64,000 bases of DNA, from the NCBI RefSeq assembly GCF_009914755.1, contig NC_060929.1; one strand, given 5' to 3'. Below the pieces are notes generated by a model, which saw only the letters and a list, made by a program, of their open reading frames with translations, ran no database searches and was not told the origin of the DNA. Source of the DNA: the human T2T-CHM13v2.0 reference genome, Homo sapiens. Of the stretch, positions 44,236-58,740 are shown piece after piece. Numbering within the stretch: position 1 is the stretch's first letter; every line of letters begins with the position of its first letter. Both the position numbers and the translations under genes were made by a program.

Positions 44236-47018
44236 GGAACATGCACAGTTGCTAGGGCTCCTCTCCTCTCCCTCCTGCTGCCATGGGCAGGTGCGTACAA
44301 GGGAACACAGGTCAAGATTGGGGTCAGAACTGTGGTCAGGGCTGACTAGCCCTGGAATTGGCATTGGGAGCTGCCCTGGCCTGTCCTTAGCAACAGGGAG
44401 CCCAGCAGGTCTAACTGGGACAGAGCTGCCGATGATAATGACACCAGCAGCCTTTCCCTGGCCACTCCCCCACCCCACACCCTCTGGTCTCTGGATGAAC
44501 ATCTGGCTCTTATTTGACATCCATCTCCGTATATCCAGCCCCTACTTCACACTTGCCTCTCCCAACCTCTGCCCTAGTCAACCACAAGCTGTACCCCATC
44601 ACAACAATAACCCCCTTCTTCTGCCCATCTCCCCTGGCTTTGAGGTCGTGCATTTGCAGATCCCAGCTAGACCCAGCTACTGTCTCTGTCTTGAATGCCC
44701 CCTCCTCTCCAACAAAATCATGGCCAGTCCCTCCTTTATTCAAATCCAAAATCTTTGGATCAGCAGTTTCTTTGGAGGCTTCTGGTTCAGTCTCCTTTCC
44801 CCACTTCCTCACTTTTACCTGGAATACCTTCCCCACACCTGGAACACCCACCCCACATCAATCCCACTGAGGGCAGGCTCTGGCCCTCCAGGAAACCTTC
44901 ACAGTCCTCTCCTGCCCACGGTGACCTCTCCTTCCTCCAACTCACAGCCACTTATTGTCTGCTCCAATCCCAAGGCAATGAATCATGGGGCTGACTGGGA
45001 CACCGCCCGCCTGTGTTGTTCAGCTTCAGTATTGTGCACCTATTCCTGAGTTCTCTGCCTTTCCAGGCAAACACAAAGCACTACGAAGGAAGGGACAGTA
45101 CTCTGTACACTCACTCATCCCCTGCCCCCTAACAATGCACCTTTGCACATCTGGGTACACTGTAGGGACTCAGTCATGCATTCAACAAATGTTTATTGGG
45201 CATTTACAATATGCCAGGCTCTGTCCTGGGCACTGGGATGCAGAAGTAAACAAGACTGGTCCAATCTGCCATGACAGTGCTTCTAACTCAATGACTATTT
45301 GTCCATTTTGTTTGGTTGCTTCTGTATACCATTTGGCGAATGTAAGGCAGCAGGGTGGAGAAGAGCGAGGGTTGTGGCATTAGACAGTCTGAGGCAAACC
45401 CAGCTGCTCACTTCCTGGCTGCATGACCTGAAGCAAAGATTTAGTGCCTCAGTTTCCTTACCTGTAAAATGGGGATAATACTACCTATTTCCTAGGGTGT
45501 TTGAGATACTGTGGGCTAAATGTGGGTACTCAACAAAGGACTCCTTCAAAGCATTTAGCACAATTGTAGTTGTGTACCTGTTTGGAAAATGTGTTAATTG
45601 TCTGTCTTTGCTCCATGATGGTGAGCAGAAAGCAGGAGAGTTTCTACTTTGTTTGCTCCTACCTCCTCAGGGCTTAGCCCTGGACCTGGCACACAGTGGG
45701 CACTTGGCAGCTCTTGAATGACTGTTGTTATTTTGCTCTCTAGGCTTAGCCTTTCCTGGTACTTGCTGTGTGACCACTGCTCTTTTACTTGCTCACTTAC
45801 CCGATTCCCCTACACCACTAAGAACTTCCTGGGGTAAAATGTAAGTCTTCTCTGTTTAGGGCACATAGTAGACTCTCAGCAAATGTTCACTGAATGCACA
45901 GAGTCCTTAGATAAATCAAACACATCCCCTCCTCTGTATGGCCTTCCCCAAGCACAGGCCCCTCCCTAAAGTGTGTGCGGCGTTATCAGATTGGTGTGAA
46001 TGTTAATCTCTTTAAAGGAAGCAGGAATTTATCTGTACTCCATTTGGATCCACCCCCCACCCCCCCCCTCCACCTGCATGGACCTGGCACAAGGCTCATC
46101 TGACTACTTCAACCCCAACCCAAACACATCGTCAAAGGACCATCACCAGAGAACCTCATTTTCTTATGGGACTGTATCCTGCTGCCACCCTCCTCTGCAT
46201 ATACAATGTGGTATCACTGTGCACCCTAATTCTCTACAAAAGTCTTGGCAGGTGAGGCGTTATGTGGGAAGCCCACGGGAATTACCCTAAACCTGACCAA
46301 GAGAATAAATAAGGCAGTCACTGTTTGCCTCTGTTCTCTCCAGATCGAGGATACTTAAGATAGTTAATCTTCTGTGGTCACATCCTCCTTCAAGAATTTT
46401 ATAAAACCATGGTACAGATTTTTCCAGGAAAAATGACTGTTCACAAATTTTAGCCGCTAATTCAGGGGGCCATGATCTGGCAGTCAGGGCGAATGATGTG
46501 TGGCCACTCCAAGAGCTACGAATTAAGCCCCTGCCTCAGGCTTCCTCCATCTCACAGTCACAACCTGAGGCCCTATAACCTTTCAAACCTCCTAGGCAGA
46601 ACAGGCACACATGCTTGTGAGACTACCTCCGCTCCCCACACGCTCTTTCTCACCCTGAGGAGTTGTCTTACCTTCAACCAGCAAAAGAACCAATTAAGGA
46701 CTGTGGTATCTAACCTCTGAATTGGAAAGAGAAGGAGAACCACAGGATAATATCCAGCTCAAGGAAGGTATGGGATGGCGGGGCTGGGGAAAGGTCCCAG
46801 AAAGTAGGAGGAATGTGGGGAAAACAGGGTTGGGGGAGAGTTGCTCACAGTGGGGAAAGGAGTTGAAGAGGGCTTAGGCCTTTCAAGCATCTGGAGAGTT
46901 TCTTCAAAATGAGGATTATCTGGCCCCACCCTTAGGAATCTTTATTCAGGAGGTGGGACCTAGAGAAACCCCCAAGCAATTGTGATGCAATGGTCGGACC
47001 ATCTGGGTACAACTTTGA

Positions 47019-47687
<669 letters not shown>

Positions 47688-49799
47688 CCTGCAAACTTTT
47701 ATCATCACCTTTGCCATCATAATCACTCATCATCATCATCATCTCAGCAAACACTAAGATTTTATCAGTACTAAGCATTTTACACACATGATCTCTTTCC
47801 TCCCAACCCTCTCAAATGGGTAGTATTTATTATTACACTCCTTCCCATACTACAGATGATCAAATGGGGGCTGAGAAAGAATAAACTGTCTTAAGTCACA
47901 GAAGTAGTATGTGGAAGAACCAGGACTTGAGAAACAAGAATGCCTCTTCACATCCCAGAGTCTGGGGGAAAGAAACAGAAATATCTGAGGCTAGAATCTG
48001 ATTCCTGTTATGTCACACCCGCCTCCCCACCATTCCTGGACTGCCAACCTTGCCCCGTAAGGAGGGAATAAGAAACAGTGGGCCTAAGGGTCAAGGAATG
48101 AACCAGCCCAGGCTTCCTAGGCTGCTGCTGTTCACCCAGGGGCCCGTAGAAATGCAGGAAGAGAGCCAGGGTGGCCTGGAAGGGCAGGAGCAGCAATAAG
48201 GAGGCCTTCCCTCACCCGTGTTCCCACCATCTCTGAACTTTGTCCCCAGCAGTTGGGCACTGGGAGTCATTAATCCCACACAGCAGCCTTTGATACATGC
48301 AGCGCCTTATCTGCCCTTCCCCGGGCCCTGGCTGCCTTCCTGGGCAACGGTGCCCTACCTCCCCCCAGTGACATGGGCACCCAGGACCCTGAGAAGCCAG
48401 AGCCTGAGGGGGAACAGGCGCAGGGACACATGTCCCTCAGATAGAGGAGCAGAAGTGCCGTCAGGGGTGTAGGAGTAAGGGATAAGGAGGGGACGGAGTC
48501 CCAGAAAAGCTGAAGGAAATACTGTCTGTGTCAACATCTGGGAAGGGATGAGAACAGAGGTGAGAGTTCACCCGGAAACTTCACTTCCAGCCCACCCCGG
48601 GGACCAAGGTCCATTTTGCTGAGTGCTGTGGCCAGAGAAAAAACACACAGAGGCAGCCACCACTGTCCCAGTAGCCAGGTCAGCTCTGACTCCCCACCCT
48701 CACCCCAGCACTGTTACACAACGGTCACTGCCGCGGGCACAAAACACCAAGGGACAAACGGACTGTCGCGGGGAGAGGGGAAGAAAATGGGGTTGCGTGG
48801 GGTGGAGCTGAACAGAAGCCTCCCACAGAGAGCAAGTGTGCAGACCTCAGCTCCTCTCCCCTCTCTCCCACAACCCTCTATTAGCCTCTGCAGGGCTTCT
48901 GGGCACCTGCATGTCAGATCGTTGGGGTTAGAACCCTCGCTCCACCACTTCCTAGCTGTGTGACATTAACCAAGTGAATTTACTTTTCTGAACCTGTTTC
49001 CATACTGTGAAATGGAAATAATGAAACCTGCCTCTTGAAATTATTTGGGAGAATTAAATGAGATCTCATGCCTATAAGGTCTATTACATTAAGGTCTATT
49101 TACATTACATGTAAAGGACAAATCATTTTTTTTTCTAAGTCTTCTAATTGCTGAATAGACCATTTTATTTCCAGCATCGGGCACACAGTGGGTGCTCCTT
49201 GGTTCGATGAATAAACAAGCCAATCCCCTCGCTGGTTGGTAAGTCCTATGAAGGCAATGATGGTATGTCTCTTACTACTGCATCCTCACCACCCACCATG
49301 GACCCTGGCAGATAAAAGGTGCTCAATACATTGTTGAACAGAATCTCTGCACCAACTATCCTTGCTCACGGCAGGGGCAGCCCTCACCTTCTTCTTTCCC
49401 TACACCCCTCCCCGAACCCTGATTCCCACTTAGCTCCTCCCCCACCCTCGCGGCCCCCTCCTGGCCCTTCAACCCCCTTCTCAGCAATTAGCTTACTATC
49501 GCTTGCCCAGCTCCCCTGCAGAAGTAGCCACAGCAGCAGCCCCTCTGCTAAGAAGATGGCAGACCAGCAAGACACCCACTTCCAGCTGAAGTCACTTTTG
49601 GAATTGGGAATTGGAGGTGGGTAGGAGAAGGGGTAAAAACTAAATGCGGCCAGAACTGAATCCAGACTTGCCTCCCTATCACACTGCCTCTGGCTACCTC
49701 TGGGGGCCAGTCTGCCTCTCCCCTCGATTCCACCCCATGCCCTAGTCTAGTTGTAATTACAGGTTCCAATTCCCCCAGACCTTAACGTCAATAAAGTAA

Positions 49800-51050
49800 C
49801 ACCCACCTACTCCCGCGCCCCCCACCCCCTACAAACACAGCTAGACCTCCGGCTTGTCATAAAAACTTTCTGGGCGGCCCCTTCCCTGGCAGCTCCCGAG
49901 GGTTGACCCAGAGCAGGTGCTAGAAGCCTCGCGGCGTCTTCCTGCACGAAGCGACCCAAGCAGCCCCAGTCCGCACCGCCTTGGTCAGCGGGCGCTCCCA
50001 GCACACACCCAGCGCGCGGAGCGACTCCTCCCAGAGGACGCCGAGTGTGTGTGTGTGTTGCGGAGATTAGGGGGTGGCGGGGGGGACGGCGGCAGTTTCT
50101 TGGGCTCTGGCGGCCCCACCCCCACCCCGGCAGCGCCCAGCCTCCAGGAACCCAAGGCAAGGCTAGGGCGCGGCGTGGTGAGAACGCGCTTCGGCTAGTG
50201 GGGGGAGCCCTTGCGCCCCCCGCACCCAGGCCACCGCGGGGAATCCCTCCTCCCCGGCATCTCCGGCCTCGGCCTAGGGTCCCCCGCAAGCCGGAGCCGG
50301 CGCGAGCGGCGCAGCGGGCGCCAGGAGGGGGCGGGGAGGGAGCCGGCGCCGGAATCACAAAGCCGCGAACCCGGCTAGGCGGGGACATTCTCATAAAACC
50401 GACCCTCTCGTGGCGAGCAGAGGGGGTTTTTTGCCCTACGCTCAATCCTCCAAGGCCTCAGTGCCGCCCCCAGTCTTTCCTGGCAGAAGAAATAGTAGCC
50501 GACCACTGTTGGGGAAACTGAGGCCAGAATTCTGACTTACAGAGGGTAGCTGGGGGGAAGGGGTGCGAGACCACCTCGCCTACAAATTCTGCTCCTATGC
50601 CTGCCGCGATCTCCGTTCTGGCTCCAGGGCCTGCCCGCGCACACACTGGCCTACAGCGGGGACCAGGCGGAGGGGGCGCTCAGGTGTGAGACGAACCCAG
50701 GTGTGCTGGAGACCCAGGTGGCTCAGAAAACTCAGCTAAATGGCTGGAAGAGGGTCGCAATCACCGTCCCAGGCTAGCACCCTCTACAAAGGAACCTGGG
50801 GCCCCAGAGCTCCGGGGAGGCGGGATGGCTTGGCCAGCCAGGTCCAGCTTGTTCCCGGAACACCAGCCGGTTCGGCCCGGGAGTGGGGGTTGGGGAGGCG
50901 CCGACTGGGAAGCCGGCAGGCCGGCCCAGCCTTCCCGCTGTGCCGATATTTACAATAATAATGTCGCGATTAACGTGGCGGGGCGCTTGGGGCTCGCCGA
51001 ACGACCCCGGCGGCTTCTCCTGCCTGAATCTGGACTCCGAGAGAGAGGAA
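49800..51050. promoter_or_regulatory. Intron 1 CpG island
   Basis: Dense CpGs and GC boxes; CTCF-like CCAGGAGGGGGCGG at 50321-50334. Confidence 0.75.
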
Positions 51051-52118
51051 CGGAGTGTGTGTGTTTGTGTGTATGCGCTGCAGGGTGTAATGTAATGTGA
51101 CACTGTTGGTTTAAGGTGTGTGTGACACCCAGTGTTAAGATGGGTGAAGCAGTGGATTCTGTGTTTGTGACCGTGAGGCGCTGCTGTAGGTGCCAATTCC
51201 TGTGTTAGAGTGTGTGCCATCAAGCGTGTGCTGAGATACTGGGTTGTGTGTTTGTGTGGGTGCAGTAGAGGGGTGCAAGGAGACCTGTGCTGTGTACCTA
51301 TGTTCTGGCCAAGAAGTGGGTAAGATGATATATGCTAGGGTGTGTTCCTTAAAGGAATGTGGGGGGTGGCTAGGTTTTGAGGGTTCATGTAGTGAACTGT
51401 GGCTGTGACACTCGTACATGAGGGCACGAGATTGTGTTTGTGTGTCCACGTCGCGGGGTGTCACACCCGGTTGTGTTATTGCTCTGTAAAGCCACGGGTT
51501 GTGTGTCGGTGCTGCTGATCGTGCAGACACTGAAGCGGATTCTGAGCTGGCGACGGTGCCCCAGTGGGCGCTGGTGTGCGGGAGGTATGTCTGTGTGCAC
51601 ATATGCAGGGATGTATGTATGTGTGTATATATGTCCACGGTCTGGCCCTCTGGGTGCCCGCGAGAAGCTGGAAGCGGCTGAGTGAGCCGAGGTAGTTGCC
51701 CAACAAGTGTGTATGTATGTGTTGTGGACAACGGTCCTTGCTTGCTCCGTCCTCCGGGAGACCCCCACCAAACTGGGGGCCGCGCGCTTCCCCAAACCCA
51801 TCCTCCACGCCGCGCGCTCCTGGAGTCTCCTTATCCCCGTCTCTCCGAGCGCGCCCAGGTTTGGGACGCGGGGACTAGGGTTCTGCTCAGCACCCCCTCC
51901 CCTCCCTCGGCTTCTCGCCGCGGACCTGGGAGGACGGAATCCCTCAGCCGCATCCCCTGCTATGGGCTCCCAGCAGCCCCCACCTCAGCCCCCTCGCGCC
52001 GAGCTCGTGTTGGGCCCCCGCGGCCTCGCTCCGCCGAGCGCCCCTCCCTCAGCTCCCGCCGGCCATGACCGCTTCGGGCCCCAAGCCGCTGCTGCCTCCA
52101 CCGCCGCCGGATCCTTAC

Positions 52119-52158
52119 CCGCCTCCGGGCAGCGCCGGCCGCCCGCCCCGCTGTCCAT
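52119..52158 (-). CDS. PCDH1: PCDH1 coding exon 1 (40 nt, MDSGAGGRRCPEA + G)
   Basis: ATG at 52158 in a CpG island; donor G|GTAAGG at 52118; phase 1 joins exon 2 in frame (G+CC = Ala); matches the known PCDH1 N-terminus. Confidence 0.96.
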
Positions 52159-52308
52159 GAGCCGCCGCCGGCCCCGGCCTGGGCTGCGGCTCCGCACGGC
52201 TGGGGCTGGAGCTGCAGTTCGGGCTCCGGCTCCGGCTCCGGCTGGCTCTGGGCGCAGCAGCCCGGCGGCTTTGCGTCCGCGCCGCGCTCCCGCTCCCCGA
52301 GTGTGTGA

Positions 52309-52341
<33 letters not shown>
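52309..52341 (+). repeat. (GGC)11 trinucleotide repeat in the 5'UTR/TSS region
   Basis: 11 uninterrupted GGC units counted. Confidence 0.95.
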
Positions 52342-52343
<2 letters not shown>

Positions 52344-53237
52344 AGCCAGCAGAGAGCGGAGCGCACAGCCCGGCCCGCCCCCTCCCTCCCCCCTCCCTCC
52401 CGGCCCGCCCGCCTCCCCGCCCCCCCTCCGGCCGGGAGGTGGAGCTCGGGACCGCTCCGGTCCGGCTGGGAGGGGACCCCGAGCACCGCTCCCCAAAGCC
52501 TGGACCCCTCCCTCTGCCATCTCTTCACTGCCCGAGGCCCAGTACACAGGCCGTGCCCTCCTCTGAGCTTCACCTTACACTTATCCCACCCAAGCCTCCA
52601 TCTAGGACCGCTCCTGGATTCCCCTCCTTACCCTACTCAAACACCTGTCCCCAGCTCTGTCTGCCCCCTGGGAAGTCGAGGCAAGGGAAGTGTCTCCCAC
52701 AGCGCCTTCTTCCCTGGGCACCTGCTCCTCCATATCCACCCTCTTCCCGCCCAGATCCCCGATCGCCCTGTGTGGCCCTCCCTTCCCGCTGCGCTCGGGG
52801 AAAGTCCACCCCTCCCCCTCCGGCCGAAGCCGCAGAGCGGTCAGCCTCGGTGGCCGCAGCAAGCCGTGGGGGTGGGGCTATGGAGGGGACCGTGGGAGGA
52901 GGAGGCTAATGGGACCCGGGGGCTCTAGAGTGAGGATGGGGAAGATACACAAGCGTGAAGACGAAGTGCTGCTCCTGAGCTTAGGCTATTCGAGGGTCCC
53001 CTGATCACCTGCCCTCTGCACGGCGTAGTGCTGCGGCCACACGTATTTGCCAGTGACTTACATTATACAGTCACCGGGTCCCTGCCCCGTGAGGCCGCGC
53101 AGTGTCACGGCCTGTGTCACACGCCCTCGCAGTGCCACACGCTCCCTATCACACTCACACCAAATCACACACGGTGTCACACGCAGTGTCTCACACACTC
53201 CAATACTCGGTTTCTCCCATTCAGCTCTGGCTCTCTG

Positions 53238-53251
53238 GCGCCATCTAGAGG
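53238..53251 (-). promoter_or_regulatory. Probable CTCF site upstream of the promoter
   Basis: CCTCTAGATGGCGC closely matches the CTCF core CCASYAGRKGGCRS. Confidence 0.55.
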
Positions 53252-56200
53252 TCTCTGAGTAGCTTGGGAACTCCCTCTCCTGCGCTTGCGGTTTGGTAAC
53301 CCAGGCTACCAAGTGTCCCAGTTCAACAGGACCTCCTGCCTTCTTCGCCTGCAGGCCCAGGCAGAGTGTTCTAGGTCAAAAGAATGAGGAAGGTTATCCC
53401 TAGCCAGGCCTAGTGCTGGGTGAGGAAAGGCTCTTGTTATGGGATGACCAGTTGTTGGGCCTCTTTTTGCCATAGCCTCTGACTCCCCATCTCTGTCCTT
53501 CCCCATTTTCCTGTTCCTACCACTCTTCTGTGCCTTTCCTCTTTCTTCTACTTCCTTCTCTTCTCAGCTCTGGCCTCTCTCGGTGGGATGCTCTTCAGGG
53601 TAAAAGTGGAATCTCTGGTTAGCTAAGAGGGCAAGCAAAGTCTGTCCAAGATCTCTCCCAGAGCAGCCCTGCTTAACTGGACTCCTTTTCTGACCTGGGC
53701 TCTGCTCTATCCCTCAGCCCCAGGAGCCCAGGGGCAGGGCTCTAGATGGGAGATGGGGTAATCTGGTGAAAGAGGGGGGTGGGTCTGTTCTGTAAGTAGC
53801 TTCTTTCTGTCTCTAGAAAGCTCATACTCTCCACATCATTGAGCACAGCTCCGAGGAGGGAATCAGTGGCCCAGAGAGAAGAAATCTTCCACAGAAGAGC
53901 TGCCCCGGTCTCCCTGCCCCCAGCGTGTGCCCGCTGCCCAATGCAGCAAACCCTCCCCAGTCTGCTTGCTGGGAGCCATTCAAAGGCTCCTCTGTTCTCC
54001 TCCCTTGCTCAGGGCTGAGCAGGATCAGCAGCCGCAGAGCTGGGCAGGAAATGCTAATCTCCCAGATGTTCGCCTCCATCCTCCCTGCTCCACCACCATC
54101 AAACTCAAATTCTGCACCAAGTGGTAGGAGCAGAACTGGGCCAGAGCAGCAGCACCAGGGTGTGCCTACTCTTCTCCCTGCTCCCCAGCCCCTCCTACCC
54201 CAGCTGCCAGGCTGGGCTCTGTGCCCCTGAGTCAGGGACAATGTAGATATGAGAATTGGGGCCTTTTTTCCCCAGGAAAGAGGGCAGGTGAGCAAGCAGG
54301 GACTGGGAGGATGGTTGGGGAGCAAGGGAGGTGGCATTTGAAGAGGAGAGAAGTCAGACTTCTGGCCCTGTACCAAAGTGGGAGGAGGACCTGCTTGGCA
54401 AGTGAAGCATTGGGGGAGGCTCCTGAAACTGATGGTGCCTGAGTTCCAGCTGAGACTGTGGCCAGGGATTGGAACCAGGGTGATGCTGGGTATGGGAATG
54501 GTTGGGGTGCTTGCTGTGATATCCGTGTACCTGGGATGGGCTGTGGCTAAGTGAACTAGGATGCTGTAGGGCCTGGAACTGTAACACCAAGGCTGCTGCC
54601 TCTGATTGTACTTAGGACACTGTTGCAGTGCTCTGATGCTGGTGTGCCTAGGCTATAGCCAATAAGATTACCTGAGAAACTATCGCCAAGCTGTGTGTAT
54701 ATGGGTGTGTGTGTGCATGTTGAGGGAGAACTGTAACTGATAAGCTGTTGGGCCTGAAGCTATAGATATGAGGCTGGCACACCTGAGACTGGCTGTAGCT
54801 GAGAAGCTGTTCCCTGTTAATATGATGTAGATGGGACTGTAACTGGATCCATTGCCTAGGTCCTAGGAGATGAGAGGCTGTTGCGAGGAGCCTGTACCTG
54901 GGAGACAGGCTGTTACCTGGGATAGGAGCAGAGCTACTGTTGTGTATAGGACTGTAGCTGAGCTGCTATTGGTCCTGGAGCTGTAGCTGTGATGACAGCA
55001 TACTGGGGATTGGCTATAGCTAAGATGCTGTTGCTCAGAATTGTGGTTGGGCTGTTACTGTGTGCTGGACTCTAGCTGGGATGCCTGCAGCTATAACTTT
55101 AAAGCTTGGGTGTAGCTAGGAGGCCATTTCCTGGTAATTTTGCTGGACCATTGTTGTGTGGGGGCTGTGGCTGAGACTCTATTGTTTAGGAGATGACAAG
55201 CTGTTCTGGGAGGCAGGATACTACCTGAGATGGAAGCTGATGTACTGTTGGAGCTGATCTACTGTTGTGCATAGGGTGGTCCCCAAGTGGCTGTTGCTGG
55301 GTCAGTGACGAGCTGGGTGGGGGAAGCCAAGTGAGTCCTGCCTTGAGGTCTGGGAGATGCCAGGAGCTCTAGGCTGGGTGGGGGCTGCTGCTCTGGGGAG
55401 GCCTCAGCAGCTGCTCTGCTGTGGAGCTGGAAAGCCTGTTTTCATTACTGTTTTAACTCTTTTTTTAACCTTGTTTTTCTCTCGGCTGCACTTTCGCTCA
55501 CTCATTAATTTTGGTATTTTTCTCACGGTGCCTCAGCCCCTGTCACGGCTGCCATGGCAACAGGAGGCAGTGTGCTCAGTGCCAAAATATCTGATCAAAA
55601 AATAACCAAAATAAGCAAACACCAAGACGACTGTTCTGGGGACTATGGTCAGGGAGAGCCGATGGCTCAGATCCAGGAAACCCTAGGCTCCAGGGTACCT
55701 GTTTCACTACCCCTCTCCCCCAGGGAAGCTTTGCTGAACGTTCTGATAACCTAGAAGGCCCCTTTCCAAGGAATCCCCCACAGCACAATCTCCCAGGACT
55801 CTGAGATTTCCAATAGTTCCTGTCCAAGGGGCAGCTTTGCCTGAGGTGGGAGCATCGGGAGAGGGTGAGGGCTGGGGATCACTTCCCAGGAGCTGGCAGA
55901 TGAAGCTTCTAAGAAGCTCCCTCCCTGCCCTAGCCACAAGCATCCGCACTCACTCATTCACCCACCCCTCTTCTGGCCCTTCTTGCCTTAGGCTTATCTC
56001 CCTTTCTGTGCACCCAACCCCCACTAGGCCACTTTTGTTTTCTCATAGCCCAACGTTCTGATGGGATGAACAGAGGGGAGGAAGCTGACAGTCTCCAGCC
56101 CCCTACCAACTCCTCAGTGGAGGTGCCAGAGAGGGGTACCATAAAAGTAGCTGACATTCCGAGGCCTCTGCCCACCTCTAGCTCACCTTCCTAGGGGAGA

Positions 56201-58062
56201 TTCCTGAACATCCCTGACCACTCACACCGCACTCCAATTTTCCCTCCCACTTCTTGGGAGCCTTCTAGTTCCCTGGAGACCTCCTCTCAAGTGGGCATGT
56301 CCCCAGGAGGGGTAAAAGGATAGAGCCTCACATAAGTTAGAAATGGGCAGAGCTCTTGGTACTACCTGTCTCTTTTCCTTCTTCATCCACCACTTTCCCC
56401 TCTGAGGAGGCTTGTCTAGATGTCTGGAGCACTGGGAATTGGGGGAATGAGGAGGAGCCCCTCAACTCTGTCTCAGTCACATCACTTAATCACACCTCTC
56501 CTTCTGCCCCACCCCTCTGGCAGTGAAGGCTCACTCCCAACAGATCTCCACCCGCTTCCGGGAATGGCCAGAACTCGCCTCCTGCGTCTCTCTTTCCATT
56601 TCTATCTTCCCCTCCCCCCAAGAGCTGTAGTGGCCTTGGCCTCCTGGCAGTGCCTTCCCAGCCTGTTTCCATAGAAACTGGGTAGGCTGTGCAGTGCAAG
56701 AATCGGAGGGGAGACAGGAGCAGGAAGGAGGGACCAAGCCTTAGGGACAGACCCCGATGAAAGGACCGAGAGAAACGGGGAGCTGCCCCATGCAAACTGA
56801 GGGTGGGACCCCGATTTGGGGAACCAGGCGGGATGGAGCGTGGAGTGGGGGGAAGAGGTAGCAAAAGCTTGGTAGCTGGCTTTGCTGCCTCCTGAGGAAG
56901 GGGCACAGAATCTCCCCTTCCCTGCCACAGGTAGTGGGGGTTCCTCCCTCCCCACCCCCTTAAAATCCTTCTTTACCAGGAACTGCCTGATCCAGATGAA
57001 TCTCTTCTCCGGGGCCCACTAGTCTCTAAGAAAGGGACCATGGAATTCCTTTCTTCCCCGAAGAGCTCCCCACTCTCCCTGACCAGAGTCTCCTTGATCT
57101 GGAGGCTGGGCAGCCCCCGGGGACCCGGTGGCCGCCGCTGACCCCGTGGCATGCGGCTCTCAAAGGCCCCATTCATCTCTGGGGGCTGAAGGCGCCATTG
57201 TCCCCAGCGGGGGGTGGTGTGGGGAGTGAAGGGGTCTGGACTCAGAAGGAAGGAATGCGTCTGGAGAAGTTGCCCCCGGGGCTCCAGTCTCAAGGTCCCC
57301 ACCAGATCTCCATCGGGACCCTTTCACGACCCCGAGCCCTTTCCCCAGGAGCTCCCAGCAACCTTCGCGCTTCTCCGGAGGGTGGGGTCTGCCGCGGCGC
57401 GGGGGCAGCCTCGCCCCACCTCACTGCTGGACTCCGGAGAACCATTTCTGGGACCGGGAGCTGTCCAGCGCCTCGGGTCCTGACGGACCGCTGATTCGCC
57501 TAGGTGCCATCGGACAAGCGGGTGCTCAGAGCCAGCTCTGGTGGCTCGGGAGCTTTCCCCCAACCAGGCTAAGACCACTAAACCACGCCTGGCCCGGATG
57601 AGCTTGGATGCAGCTCCGAACGTGGGGATCCATCGGTGCTGAGAACTGACCTAGGGAGCACCTTGACCCCTGCCCTATCTGGGCACAATTGAAGGGCCAA
57701 GTGCCACCAGCCCACTTTCCTGGAACCCTGTCTCAGACTTGGGCAGGAAGAAGAGCCATGAGAGGTCAGGCCTTGCCTCTCCCCGCGTTCCCCATCTTTC
57801 TCTGTGCCTCTGTTTCTGTTTTCCTCCGGCTCTCCTCCCTCCTCCTCTCTTTCCTTCCCTGCTGGGTTGGGGGCTGCTGAATTATCATTTCTCAGCTCTG
57901 CTAATGTGCTCCCCGCTGCGGGAAGGGATCATAATTCTGGGAGATGATTAAGTTTCAAATTGTTTTTCTTTGTGTTGTTGAAGATGAGGCTTTAATATGG
58001 TCCTTCCTCAGCCCGGGAGCCTGCCCCCATTCCTCCACTCCTAGTACTCTCCTCACTAATAG

Positions 58063-58740
<678 letters not shown>

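Larger units (their letters stand above)
51740..53150. promoter_or_regulatory. Promoter CpG island of PCDH1
   Basis: Very high GC and CpG density around exon 1; GC boxes (ccccgccc) at about 52370-52430; no TATA box seen. Confidence 0.9.

Noticed and set aside
44123-45049. 308-aa antisense ORF in intron 1
   Set aside because: GTG start, includes the 20-bp minisatellite and a C-rich tract; no homology recognised
49075-49110. Small duplication taaggtctatt(t)acat x2
   Set aside because: Ordinary slippage at a MIR edge
51707-52909. 400-aa plus-strand ORF over the promoter
   Set aside because: Low-complexity Pro/Ala/Arg product expected from stop-poor CpG island sequence; no domain
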